Assembly: GCA_019454415.1 (NCBI GenBank)
Contig: JACFOI010000004.1
Location: 11,356 to 75,355 of the forward strand
Length of the DNA stretch: 64,000 bases
Source of the DNA: Patescibacteria group bacterium
GTDB lineage: Bacteria > Patescibacteriota > Microgenomatia > UBA1400 > PJMF01
Direction of reading: 5' to 3'
How positions within the stretch are numbered: position 1 is the first letter of the stretch; every line of letters starts with the position of its first letter. A model generated the notes under the pieces. The model made no database searches, was not told the origin of the DNA, and saw only the letters and a list, made by a program, of their open reading frames with translations. This document shows, in pieces, positions 9,512-19,246 of this stretch. Made by a program: the position numbers and the translations under genes.

Positions 9512-10267
9512 ATGAAAGTCATTGCCTACAAAACACCTCTGGTCAAAGCCAAAGACGACCTCTTTCAGATCATTGCCGATGCAATCCCCTACTTACCGGA
9601 ACGAAGCTTTGTTGTGGTGGCTTCCAAGATTGTGAGTACCTGTGAAAACAGATTCGTGCCCAAAGTAACGGGTGAACGGAGTGAGAAGCATGACCTAGTC
9701 CGTCAGGAAGCTGAGCTGTACATTGAGCCGCACTCTTCAAAATACGATCTCATGTTAACCATTCATCGCAACTGGATGTTTGTCAATGCCGGTCTGGATG
9801 AGTCGAACGCCGACAACCAGTACATCCTGTGGCCGAAAGATCCGCAAGCCTCGGTCAATGCGATCTGGCAGTTTTTGCGTGAGCATTATCAGGTCAAAGA
9901 AGTCGGTGTGACCATGTCTGACAGTATTAGCATTCCGCTCAACTGGGGTGTGATCGGCCATGCGATTGCCTACTGTGGTTTTAATCCTCTTAAAAGCTAC
10001 ATTGGCAAACAGGATTTATTCGGTCGACCGATGAAAATGGAACAAGTCAACATCATGCAGTCCATCACGGCGGCAGCAGTTCTGGAAATGGGTGAAGGAG
10101 CCGAATCGACCCCCTTGGGTGTCGTCCGTGACGTCAGTGATGTTGAGTTTCTAGATCACGTACCGACTGAGGCAGAACTCGCCAGTCTCCATATTGAGCT
10201 GGAAGACGACGCCTATGCACCAATCTTGACTCGGGCAGACTGGAAAAAGGGTGGAAAACGTCAATGA
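9512..10267 (+). CDS. CofE-like (F420-0:gamma-glutamyl ligase family) protein
   Basis: 251 aa. It has the N-terminal VVVASKIVSTCE motif typical of CofE/FbiB N-domain ligases. It overlaps the next gene by 4 nt. Confidence 0.45.
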   Translation: MKVIAYKTPLVKAKDDLFQIIADAIPYLPERSFVVVASKIVSTCENRFVPKVTGERSEKHDLVRQEAELYIEPHSSKYDLMLTIHRNWMFVNAGLDESNADNQYILWPKDPQASVNAIWQFLREHYQVKEVGVTMSDSISIPLNWGVIGHAIAYCGFNPLKSYIGKQDLFGRPMKMEQVNIMQSITAAAVLEMGEGAESTPLGVVRDVSDVEFLDHVPTEAELASLHIELEDDAYAPILTRADWKKGGKRQ

Positions 10268-11016
10268 TGAACAAACCGATGAAGCACCTCTTTATTTTTG
10301 CACATCCCGATGATGAGACAGTGGCATGCGCCGGAACCTTGCACAAGTTGGTAGCAGCCCGCGAAGAGGTGATGGTTGTCAGTGTGACTGACGGCAGTGG
10401 CGGCGAGGTCAATCCAGAAGCACAGCAGCGTTTGGCAGAGCTTTCTTCAGTCGGAGAGCTGCGTCGAGATGAGCTCTGTGAAGCACTCAAAGTCGTCGGA
10501 GTGAACAACTACAAAGTCTTGAAGTTTCAGGATGGCAAGATTACCAACGAGATGGTCTGGGGAGAGCTACGAAGTGCCCTGATTGACTTGATTGATGGCT
10601 ACAAACCCGACGCCGTCTATACCTTTGACCACTCTGGGTGGTACTTTCACCTTGATCATGTCGCCACGTCGATTGCTACCACTTGGGCGGTGCAGCAAGC
10701 AGCGTTTCCGCCGCAGATCTTTTTCTTGGTCCACTTTCGGGTCAAGAATACCAAGTGGAAGTATGTTTACTCGAAAGACATTCCGGCGACGCACGTCGTT
10801 GACGTGACCGATCTGAAAGCTCTGAAGTTGGAAGCACTGGCTAAACACCTCTCTCAGAACTTAACTGAGCCCAAGCGGCAGTTGCAAGAAGAGAAGCGTG
10901 TGTTGGAGTACTATCAACTGGCGGCATTTAGCCCAGACGGTTTTGAAGCATCCGAGAAAGCACTTCAGGGTCACTGGCTTTTTCAACCCGTAGATCGTAA
11001 ACCGGGTGAGGCGTAG
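10264..11016 (+). CDS. PIG-L/LmbE family N-acetylglucosaminyl deacetylase
   Basis: LFIFAHPDDETVACAGTL is the signature LmbE/PIG-L motif, and a downstream HLDH-containing region is also present. Confidence 0.7.
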   Translation: MMNKPMKHLFIFAHPDDETVACAGTLHKLVAAREEVMVVSVTDGSGGEVNPEAQQRLAELSSVGELRRDELCEALKVVGVNNYKVLKFQDGKITNEMVWGELRSALIDLIDGYKPDAVYTFDHSGWYFHLDHVATSIATTWAVQQAAFPPQIFFLVHFRVKNTKWKYVYSKDIPATHVVDVTDLKALKLEALAKHLSQNLTEPKRQLQEEKRVLEYYQLAAFSPDGFEASEKALQGHWLFQPVDRKPGEA

Positions 11017-11959
11017 CCCGATACCGTAGCTTGTACTCTTCTCCGCCCCGTAAAAAGTCATACCGTTTTTTGCCACGTTCAATTGCATCCTTGATGGTAT
11101 ACGAGGTTAGGACGTTACCAATGCTCATACCGGCATAGGCCGCAGCATCAAAGCCAGAGTTATAGATCAACAAGTCTTCTCCATACTCAAAACAGTACAT
11201 AGTGGCAGCGGGTTTACCGTTGAAGTCAAGGAAGTAGAGACGTAGCCAACCACCCAAGCTAGCAGCGTGGCTCAACCGTTCAAAGAAGTCACGATGTTCC
11301 GGTGTCCAGAACGTAGCTTTGTCAAGGCTGGACTGCTTGTGAAGAGTGAAGAAAGTAGTGAGCGCATCCGGCTGCTCAGCGGTGCTGGTGACGATGCGAA
11401 AAGTGACAGTCCCTAGTTCTTCCAGCTTACGCCACTTGCGAGTGACCTCATGGCGCTGCTTTTTGCCGATGTTTGCCAGGTACTCTTCCCAGGTTGAGGG
11501 TAGTTCGATGATCGGACAAACGTCTTGTTGTGCCTGGTCATACTGCCAGCCCCGTTGCTGAGCGAGCTGTTGAATACCGTGAAAAAGAGGCGAGTGCTCG
11601 GGAATGCTGATCAGGTCCAAATATTTCCAAAGAAGTACTGTTCCAAACGCCTGTTCCAGGCCAACGAATGCTTGTGTCTCTTTGCCTGGCAGAATCAAGG
11701 CGTCGAGGTAGTCACTGACATCTCGATCGCCCAGGAACTGAAGCGTCTTTTCCCGCTTACAGAACGGAAACAAGGCAACTGGTTGCTCTTCTTCCAAGAT
11801 AGTGATCAGATGAAGCTCTGGCTTCCCCACACTTTCCCACCAACTCTGTTGAATGCTCGGCTCCTGAAAAAATGAGGGTGCAGGCAGACGACGCAGTAGA
11901 TCTGCCCACAAGGGCGCGACATCTTCAAAGCTGGTGTACTCTTTCCAGGTTACAGACAT
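10928..11959 (-). CDS. FemAB/CelD-like GNAT family acyltransferase (Acetyltransf_6-like)
   Basis: The C-terminal LLIYNSGFD...YDFLRGGEEYKLRY motif is typical of BioF2/CelD-like GNAT proteins. I moved the start to the internal MSVTWKEY... (11959) to avoid a long overlap with the divergent plus-strand gene. Its 3' end overlaps the PIG-L gene by 89 nt, convergently. Confidence 0.55.
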   Translation of the reverse strand: MSVTWKEYTSFEDVAPLWADLLRRLPAPSFFQEPSIQQSWWESVGKPELHLITILEEEQPVALFPFCKREKTLQFLGDRDVSDYLDALILPGKETQAFVGLEQAFGTVLLWKYLDLISIPEHSPLFHGIQQLAQQRGWQYDQAQQDVCPIIELPSTWEEYLANIGKKQRHEVTRKWRKLEELGTVTFRIVTSTAEQPDALTTFFTLHKQSSLDKATFWTPEHRDFFERLSHAASLGGWLRLYFLDFNGKPAATMYCFEYGEDLLIYNSGFDAAAYAGMSIGNVLTSYTIKDAIERGKKRYDFLRGGEEYKLRYRATPHPVYDLRVEKASDPEVLSRMLQNRLG

Positions 11960-12039
11960 GAGTTTTGCGTTTGCACTGAACGGGTGTTCTACAATAGGGG
12001 TATTGTACGTCACTGACGACGTAAGTTTGGAGGTGTCCA

Positions 12040-12620
12040 TGGCAACAAAAAAGATGATCTCTGTGACAACGAAAACCGGTGATAAAGGCACATCCGGTCT
12101 GGCTAACGGCAAGCGCGTCCCCAAGTCCAGCTTCATCTTTGAGGTACTCGGCACGCAGGATGAGCTTAACTCTTGGCTCGGAGTCTGTATCTCCAAGCTA
12201 TCGGATGACTTTGCTGATCAACGAGAGTTTCTTTATGAAGTCCAGGATACTCTGTTCTACATCGGCGCCGAGATTGCCCAGTCACCGAAAGCCAAGCTAG
12301 AAGAAACGTCACTAACGAAACTTGAACGATTTTCCGACAAGCTGCAGGCCGGAATGGAAGACGGTTGGACCACCAAGTTTCTCTACCCCGGCGGAAATCA
12401 GGTGGCAGCGTGGATTGACGTGGCTCGGACAGTTAGCCGGCGCTTCGAGCGAACAGTCGTCAAGCACAGCCAGGAAGAGTTAATCTCGCCACTGATTCTC
12501 AAGTACGTCAACCGTTTGAGCGACTATCTGTTCGTTTTGCGTTGTTACGTGAACTCCCGTGAACAATATGAAGAGCGGAAGTTTTCGTATAAGGAAAAGG
12601 TGATCAAGGGTACGAAGTAA
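12040..12620 (+). CDS. PduO-type ATP:cob(I)alamin adenosyltransferase (MMAB family)
   Basis: MATKKMISVTTKTGDKGTSGLANGKRV.KS...EVLGTQDELNSWLG is the conserved PduO/MMAB N-terminus. A GGAGGTG ribosome-binding site lies just upstream of the ATG at 12040. Confidence 0.75.
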
Positions 12621-12647
12621 ACTGATTACTTTTGTACTAAGAAGGGT

Positions 12648-13268
12648 CTACCCTTGAAACTTGCGGATTAAGCCGACCACTTTCCCCTGCACTTGGACAT
12701 TTGTGGCATAGATCGGGCTCATGCTGGAGTTGGCTGGTTCTAAGCGAATACGGGTGGCTTCACGGTAAAAGCGTTTGAGTGTTGCCAAGCCGTTATCAAG
12801 AAGAGCAACGACGATGTCCCCGTTCTGAACGTCTTTAGTTTCCTCAACGACTACGTAGTCCCCGTCGGCGATATGATCTTCAATCATCGACAGTCCTTTG
12901 ACCTGAAGGACATACGAGCGACGCTTGCCGGTGATCATCTCCGGAGAAACCTTAAATGTGGCATTGGGATCAGAGTGAGGCTCGATTGGTGAGCCGGCTG
13001 CAATAAAGCCCAAGAAGGGGACGTCCACGCTGTCTGTGATACGAAGATAGGTCCGATCCAGCAGCTCGATGCCACGGACGGCACCTTCAAACTTCTTGAT
13101 TACTTTTTTGCGCTGGAGGGCTTGAAGATGCTCGTGAACAGTCGCTAAAGAAGACACGCCAATAGAGTCAGCAATCTCTTGCAACGTCGGTGAGTAGCCG
13201 TTCTTTTGGATGTATTGACCAATGAAATCGACGATCTGACGCTGACGTTTGTACAAAGTAATTGGCAT
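12648..13268 (-). CDS. lexA: LexA repressor (SOS regulator)
   Basis: The N-terminal winged helix reads LTLYKRQRQIVDFIGQYIQKNGYSPTLQEIADSIGVSS. The C-terminal S24 peptidase region contains the Ser (VKGLSMIEDHIADGD) and Lys (LATLKRF) active-site elements. The start is set at the internal MPITLY... Confidence 0.9.
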   Translation of the reverse strand: MPITLYKRQRQIVDFIGQYIQKNGYSPTLQEIADSIGVSSLATVHEHLQALQRKKVIKKFEGAVRGIELLDRTYLRITDSVDVPFLGFIAAGSPIEPHSDPNATFKVSPEMITGKRRSYVLQVKGLSMIEDHIADGDYVVVEETKDVQNGDIVVALLDNGLATLKRFYREATRIRLEPANSSMSPIYATNVQVQGKVVGLIRKFQG

Positions 13269-13419
13269 GCAATCCTTTCTCTGTTTCGGGCGAAGAGATG
13301 CCGAACCTTGCTCTACTCTAACCGAAGCTTCCACGAAGAATCAATCAGATCTTAATAGATCAATATATGTCAATTTTGCAATTTTTCTCTCACGACCAGC
13401 GTGCTACACTTAGCCTCTT

Positions 13420-14307
13420 ATGACTCCAACCTTCCTCCTCTCTTCGCGCCTCGGTCTTCTTCATCAACCTCAAGGACAGACGGAGCTCAATGTGGGTGTG
13501 GAAGAGGGGCCAGAAGCCGTGATCACTCCACAGTTAGCTGAAGAGTTGGGACTGACGACCCATCACTGTCGCTTCAGCTCACCGGATAAAATTCAGGCGG
13601 AGGACTACTACAGCGTCTTTAGTCGGGAAACTCAAGCTTGTGCCCACTCCATTGCCAGTGTGCTCCGTGTCTCGCCAAAACACAGACCGACCAGTATTGT
13701 GGTTGGCGGAGATCACAGCGTTTCCTTAGCCCACCTTTCTGCCTTGCTGAGTACGGTCGCTCTGCCACACAAAACCGGCATTCTGATGCTGGACTCTCAT
13801 GCGGATATTAATCTTGTTAAAACGAGCCCGACAGGAAACATTCATGGCATGTGGCTGCGACCTGTGGTAGATAACTTTGATCAGCTGGAGTTGGATAGCT
13901 TAGTTTCGCAAAAAGTGTTGACGAAAAATGTAGTCTATATCGGAAACCAAGATCTTGATCCCGCCGAGCGAGAGTTTATCAAGGCTCAAGGAATTCAGAC
14001 TTTCTCGGTATCGTATCTGCGTGAAAACAAAGATGAAGTAGTAGCCTGGCTGCGCAACTGGTTCGGGACACTCAATCATCTTCATCTGAGTATCGATGTC
14101 GACGGCTTTGACCAGTCCCTCGCCCCGGCCACTGGTATTCCCAGCCTAGATGGATTACTGCGGGAAGATGTCACAGAGCTGTTCGCGGAGGTGCAACAGC
14201 GTCCGCAGTGGTCGCTTGACTTGGTGGAGGTAAATCCACAAAAGTCTGGTGCACTCAAAACAATCGAATTCGCTCAGTCGCTACTGCGAGAGCTGTTATC
14301 ACATTGA
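13420..14307 (+). CDS. Arginase/agmatinase/formiminoglutamase family ureohydrolase
   Basis: The Mn-binding motifs GGDHSVS, DSHADIN and SIDVDGFD are present. Confidence 0.7.
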   Translation: MTPTFLLSSRLGLLHQPQGQTELNVGVEEGPEAVITPQLAEELGLTTHHCRFSSPDKIQAEDYYSVFSRETQACAHSIASVLRVSPKHRPTSIVVGGDHSVSLAHLSALLSTVALPHKTGILMLDSHADINLVKTSPTGNIHGMWLRPVVDNFDQLELDSLVSQKVLTKNVVYIGNQDLDPAEREFIKAQGIQTFSVSYLRENKDEVVAWLRNWFGTLNHLHLSIDVDGFDQSLAPATGIPSLDGLLREDVTELFAEVQQRPQWSLDLVEVNPQKSGALKTIEFAQSLLRELLSH

Positions 14308-14325
14308 GTTTAATTCCAGAAAAAT

Positions 14326-15360
14326 CTAGAGATAGTTACTGATGGCCGCATCCATATTGACCTCGGCAATGGACTGCCTCGCTAACGGACCTGCTTCTAA
14401 CTGGGTCAAGGTTTGATGGAAAGGTACGCTGTAGGAATCCTCATAAAAGACGCCGATTGGCAGCTTGTCGTGTTCAAAGGTTTTCTCCCAAGCCACTACC
14501 TTGTGGTTGGGTTGAAACTCTGTTTCTTCCAGATAGTAGACGCGCTCTTTGAAGTAGTGATAGGTGTTCACTTTATTGAAAGTGAAGCACGGCTGGAACA
14601 TATCTACCAGACTGAAGCCAGGATGTTGAACTGCACGTTTTATCAGATCGGTCAGGTGACGAATGTTGCCTGAAAAACCTCGGGCAATAAAAGTAGCGTC
14701 TGAGGTCAGCGCTAGACCGATCGGATTAATCGGGACTTCCGGTGCCCCAAACGGCGTGGACTTGGTCTTGGTTCCCTTGTCGGTAGTCGGAGCTGTTTGG
14801 CCAGTGGTTAAGCCGTACACTTGGTTATCATGGACCAATAAGGTGATATCGTGATTGCCTCTCATGGCTGAGATAAAGTGATTGAGCCCCTCCCCATACG
14901 TATCGCCATCACCTGCTACAACAATAATTTTCAGGTTATGATTGGCAGCTTTCATGGCGACGGCGTTGGCAATCGCCCGCCCGTGTAAAGCGTGAAATCC
15001 ATAGACTCGATTGAAGTCGGCCATGTTGCCACTGCAGCCCACACCGTAAACGATCACTAAGTTTTCTTCGGGCAGCTGGAGTTCGGTCAGCGCATTCTTC
15101 AACGCAGTCCAGACGCCAAAGTTGCCACAGCCAGGACACCAAGTGGGAAAGTATGGTGACTTCAATGACGCTTTACTGATGTAGGCATGTTTTTCCGGAT
15201 TGGGATCGATGACCACCGGAGGATTCGGGGTTGCAACAGGAACGGCAGGGGCAGTCGCCACTGGCTGTTCCACGGTTGGCTGGTGATTGTCACTCGAAAA
15301 GATCGTCGGCATGTGCCCTTTTCCGATGAGAGCTGGTGTGAGCAGGCGATTGATTGACAT
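14326..15360 (-). CDS. 2-oxoacid:ferredoxin oxidoreductase beta subunit (TPP-binding; KorB/PorB-like)
   Basis: The WCPGCGNFG motif and a TPP-binding GDG..Y region are present. It lies immediately downstream of the alpha subunit. Confidence 0.85.
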   Translation of the reverse strand: MSINRLLTPALIGKGHMPTIFSSDNHQPTVEQPVATAPAVPVATPNPPVVIDPNPEKHAYISKASLKSPYFPTWCPGCGNFGVWTALKNALTELQLPEENLVIVYGVGCSGNMADFNRVYGFHALHGRAIANAVAMKAANHNLKIIVVAGDGDTYGEGLNHFISAMRGNHDITLLVHDNQVYGLTTGQTAPTTDKGTKTKSTPFGAPEVPINPIGLALTSDATFIARGFSGNIRHLTDLIKRAVQHPGFSLVDMFQPCFTFNKVNTYHYFKERVYYLEETEFQPNHKVVAWEKTFEHDKLPIGVFYEDSYSVPFHQTLTQLEAGPLARQSIAEVNMDAAISNYL

Positions 15361-15368
15361 GAGTCTTT

Positions 15369-17096
15369 CTACTCTCTCAATTCCTCCAGTTCTTTAATGA
15401 TATCTTCTGCATAAAACGGTCGTCCATCATAGCGGTGAATACGGTGATGAATACGAATGCCAGTTTCCTGACGAATCAACATCTCAAGCTGGCCAGTCGA
15501 GTTTCCTTCAATAACGACCAGTTTTTCAGCGTTCTGTGCATGTTGGAAGAAGCCTTCCGTAGGGAACGGCCAAACGCATGGGAAGTGTAGGACGTTCACC
15601 GCTCCTTCAGGCATCCGACGCATCACCTCTTCCAATACTAAGCGAGTCGAGCCCCAGCATACCAGGGTCAGTTCGGCATGCCTGGGACCGATCAGTTCAA
15701 GTGGTGGCAGCTCTGGTTTCACAGAACGCAGTTTGCGCTGGCGCTTCTCTACCATCATCTTCGTCAAAGAAGCATCCTCAGTGGCATAGCCAAACTGGTC
15801 GTGTTCATAGCTGTTGGTGACACTCAAGCCGTGTAGCTGGCCGGGAACCGAACGCGGCGAGTAACCTTCTTCAGTCACTTCATAGCGGCGATAGGTATCG
15901 TCGTCCGGCAACGGATCAAAGGCAAAACTATATCGTTCGTTCTCGTAGACCTGCTTCGGTCGAGGCATAGTCATGTACGACTCGAGTGAGAACTTGTCGG
16001 ATAAGATAAAAACCACTAAGTGGAAACGCTCTGCTAAATAGAACGCCTGGCGCGTCAACTCAAAGTGTTCTTCAGCCGTACCAGGTGTCAAGACAACTTT
16101 GGGAACTTCTCCATGGCCGGCGTTAATAATAAAGAGCAAATCCGACTGACAAGTCCAAGTTGGCAAGCCCGTAGCCGGACCAGGGCGCTGTCCCACCACG
16201 ACCACTAACGGAGTTTCCATGACTCCGGCTAAAGAAGTGGCCTCAACCATCAATGCATAGCCACCAGTCGCAGTGGAAGTCATTGCTCGAGCCCCCACAT
16301 AAGATGCACCGATTGCCTGATTCATCGCGGAGATCTCGTCTTCCACGTGTTTGACGACCAGCGGATACTTGTGCTGCAAGCCTGCGAGTGTGTGCAAGAT
16401 CTCGGACGCTGGGGTCATCGGATAGGCAGCAAAGTACTGAACGCCTCCTGCCACGGCGCCAATTGCGGCAGCGTTGTTGCCGGTTAAGAAGATTTGTTTG
16501 TTGGGCTTCTTAGGGGACGGTGGCTTGATTTGAGGAAGATTATCTTTGGCGTACTGGTAGGCGCGCTCCAGAGCTTTAATATTATTGGCGATCATTGTTT
16601 CGTTCTTGCCCTTAAACTGGTCGCTGACCACTTCCCTGAACACTTCAATATCCAGACCTAGGATCCAGCAGCTCATTGCCACGGACACGATGTTTTGGGA
16701 CAGAAAGTGACCTGTTTCTTCGCGTGAAATGTTAGTCATCGGCACGTCAAAAAACTTGGCCCCGATGTCGGCATACTTGGTCAGGTCATAGCCATCTTGA
16801 GTGGCTTCACAGAGTACTACTGAGTTCTCGTCAATCTCATCAAGGTGAAGCGAGATGCCTTCTTCATTAAACGCCACTAAGACATCAATATGTTTTTGTT
16901 GGCAGGTGATTGGCTCAAAGCCAGCGTGAACTTGATGAGTATTGTGTCCGCCTCGAATTAACGACGGATACTCACGATAGCCAAAGACATTCATGCCGTG
17001 ACGCAAGCATGTCTTCCCAAACATAACGCCGGTAACGTCAATCCCTTCACCAGCGCGGCCAGCAACTTTCCAGTGCAAAGACATAGTTTTCACCAT
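15369..17096 (-). CDS. 2-oxoacid:ferredoxin oxidoreductase alpha subunit (KorA-like, fused gamma-alpha)
   Basis: Its size of 575 aa, with a PFOR gamma-like N-domain and a pyrimidine-binding domain, fits KorA. The start codon abuts the stop of the upstream ACD gene at 17096. Confidence 0.8.
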   Translation of the reverse strand: MVKTMSLHWKVAGRAGEGIDVTGVMFGKTCLRHGMNVFGYREYPSLIRGGHNTHQVHAGFEPITCQQKHIDVLVAFNEEGISLHLDEIDENSVVLCEATQDGYDLTKYADIGAKFFDVPMTNISREETGHFLSQNIVSVAMSCWILGLDIEVFREVVSDQFKGKNETMIANNIKALERAYQYAKDNLPQIKPPSPKKPNKQIFLTGNNAAAIGAVAGGVQYFAAYPMTPASEILHTLAGLQHKYPLVVKHVEDEISAMNQAIGASYVGARAMTSTATGGYALMVEATSLAGVMETPLVVVVGQRPGPATGLPTWTCQSDLLFIINAGHGEVPKVVLTPGTAEEHFELTRQAFYLAERFHLVVFILSDKFSLESYMTMPRPKQVYENERYSFAFDPLPDDDTYRRYEVTEEGYSPRSVPGQLHGLSVTNSYEHDQFGYATEDASLTKMMVEKRQRKLRSVKPELPPLELIGPRHAELTLVCWGSTRLVLEEVMRRMPEGAVNVLHFPCVWPFPTEGFFQHAQNAEKLVVIEGNSTGQLEMLIRQETGIRIHHRIHRYDGRPFYAEDIIKELEELRE

Positions 17097-19231
17097 TATA
17101 CTTGAAGCTTGATGTCGGCGACCCAGAGGTGGCCTTGACTAACTGCAAGCGGGTTAATCTCAATACTGCGAACCCAAGGATGCTGCATCATAAACTGCTG
17201 CAGTCGGGCAAGCTCTTCCAAGACAGCTTGAGTTATAGCAGGATTTTGGGCAAACAGCTGCGCAGCTTTGGTCTGTCTCCATGCTTTCTCGATCATACTC
17301 GGAGGTGCAGGCAAGAAGCAGTAGGCACGATCAGCCAGCAGATTCGTATAACTTCCTCCCAATCCGACTGTCATGTACATCCCAAACTGCGGATCGTTCT
17401 CAATTCCTACCAGTAACTCATCCTCAATCTCCAGGACCTCCTGGAAAAGGACCTCATTGCCAAACGGGATCATCTGTTCAAAAGCTTTGCGGGCCTCCGA
17501 GGCATCTTTCACGACGCCATAGACTGCGCCGACTTTTTTCTTATGCAGAATCGAGAGGTTTGCAGTTTTGACAAAGAGCGGATACGGCAAGCTGCCCAGC
17601 TCATTCAGTGATGCTCGGCGGATTATCCAGTGTCGTGGAATGCGAAACCCGGCTTTTCTGAGAAGACCAAAGGTTTCGGTCATATTGGGCTGGACTAAGA
17701 ACTGTTTGCTTATGCCTTGTTGCAAGGCCAGCCGCTGGTGGAGCTGGCTGACGGCCTGACGTGTCTGACTTTGGCTTGGGGTATGAGGTTCACTGAGTGC
17801 ATAGCGGGAGGGCAGATAGGTCCCTCGACTTGCTTTAGTGAGGACTTGGAGCATCTCGACGATGTTATTCGCATAACCGGTACTGAAAATATGATTGGCT
17901 CGGAGTTGCTGCCGGTACTGTTCGAGTTGATCACCTCCCATTAAGGCCACAAAGATCGGTTTCTTTCCTTTGTTAGCAATCACTTGATCTGTAATGCCCT
18001 TGATATCAGTAACTGCCTGCGGCGTAACAATGATCAGGATACTTTCAATTTCCGGATCGCGCTGGGCAACCGACAGCGCGTCTTTGAAACGTTGAGGATC
18101 TGCATCACCTAGGAGATCCAAGGGGTTTGCAGCTTTGATGCGGGGCAGTAAGCGTGCCAAGTCATCTTGAGCACGTCGTGACCAACGAGCCAGCGTGATA
18201 CCTGCATGCTGCAGCTCATCAATAGTATTAACGGCTGGTCCACCTGCGTTGGTAATCACCATGGTATTGCAGGGTAAGGTACGGTGGTGGGCCAGGAAGA
18301 ACGACACGTTCATTAGCTCTTCCATATTATCGACGAGCGTGAAACCAAACTGCAGCGAGGCAGCGCGCAGAAGTGCTTGGTTAGTGGCCAAGGCAGCAGT
18401 GTGTGATGATGAAGCGACCTGTCCACGGGAGGAGGTACCACCTTTGAGGATGATCACCGGCTTGACTCGCCGCACCTTACTGACTAGCTCAAAGAAGCGT
18501 GGTAAGTGTGAAAACGATTCAATGTACATGATCACTGCAGAAGTTTGCCGATCTTCCAGGGCATACTCTAAGCAGTCATTCTCATTGAGGTCTGCTTTAT
18601 TGCCCAGCGAAACGGCAAACGAAACTCCGGCTTGTCGTGATACCAGTGCGTTGAACAGTGCAGTCAACATGGCCCCCGACTGTGAGATCACTGCCAGGTT
18701 TCCTTCTGGAATATCATGCTGTGCAAAGCTGGCATTGAGCCGCCAGCCGGTGTGAATCAATCCCAGCGTGTTAGGACCAAGCAAGCGGATCCCTGCCACT
18801 GCCAGCTTCAGTAAAATCCGCTGTTGCAAGATCTTGCCTTCGGTGTCCGTCTCAGCAAAGCCGGCAGAGATGATGATCACAGCTTTGACTTTTTCGCTTC
18901 CTTTAAATGTATGATTCCGGGCAATCAGTTCGTCGACCAAACTCAGGACAGTCCCCACGGGCGTGACGATAACTACCAGATCAATAGGGTCAAGAACCTC
19001 GGAAACTGAGCGGTAACACTTCAGCCCTAAGATTGAGCTGGTCGCGGGGTTGACTGGATAGAGTTTTCGCTTGGCAGCACGGGAGTTGGGACTGGCCCCG
19101 CGAATACCCCTGACTAAGTTATTGAGGACTTGAAAGCCGACCTTTTCACGGTGATTTGATGCACCGATGACTGCCACTGATTGGGCAGAGAAAAAAAGCT
19201 CAAGACCATTCTGCTGTTGATCGACAGGCAT
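17096..19231 (-). CDS. ADP-forming acetyl-CoA synthetase (fused alpha-beta; NDP-forming acyl-CoA synthetase family)
   Basis: 711 aa. It has a CoA-binding N-domain (VAVIGASNHREKVG) and succinyl-CoA-synthetase-like ligase domains, followed by a C-terminal ATP-grasp beta region. Confidence 0.8.
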   Translation of the reverse strand: MPVDQQQNGLELFFSAQSVAVIGASNHREKVGFQVLNNLVRGIRGASPNSRAAKRKLYPVNPATSSILGLKCYRSVSEVLDPIDLVVIVTPVGTVLSLVDELIARNHTFKGSEKVKAVIIISAGFAETDTEGKILQQRILLKLAVAGIRLLGPNTLGLIHTGWRLNASFAQHDIPEGNLAVISQSGAMLTALFNALVSRQAGVSFAVSLGNKADLNENDCLEYALEDRQTSAVIMYIESFSHLPRFFELVSKVRRVKPVIILKGGTSSRGQVASSSHTAALATNQALLRAASLQFGFTLVDNMEELMNVSFFLAHHRTLPCNTMVITNAGGPAVNTIDELQHAGITLARWSRRAQDDLARLLPRIKAANPLDLLGDADPQRFKDALSVAQRDPEIESILIIVTPQAVTDIKGITDQVIANKGKKPIFVALMGGDQLEQYRQQLRANHIFSTGYANNIVEMLQVLTKASRGTYLPSRYALSEPHTPSQSQTRQAVSQLHQRLALQQGISKQFLVQPNMTETFGLLRKAGFRIPRHWIIRRASLNELGSLPYPLFVKTANLSILHKKKVGAVYGVVKDASEARKAFEQMIPFGNEVLFQEVLEIEDELLVGIENDPQFGMYMTVGLGGSYTNLLADRAYCFLPAPPSMIEKAWRQTKAAQLFAQNPAITQAVLEELARLQQFMMQHPWVRSIEINPLAVSQGHLWVADIKLQV

Positions 19232-19246
19232 GAGTTGAGTGTCCTT

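Noticed and set aside
12648-13334. The long (228-aa) LexA ORF start
   Set aside because: The first 22 codons (GTG start, MEASVRVEQG...) precede the conserved LexA N-terminus, so the internal ATG (MPITLYKRQ) is preferred.
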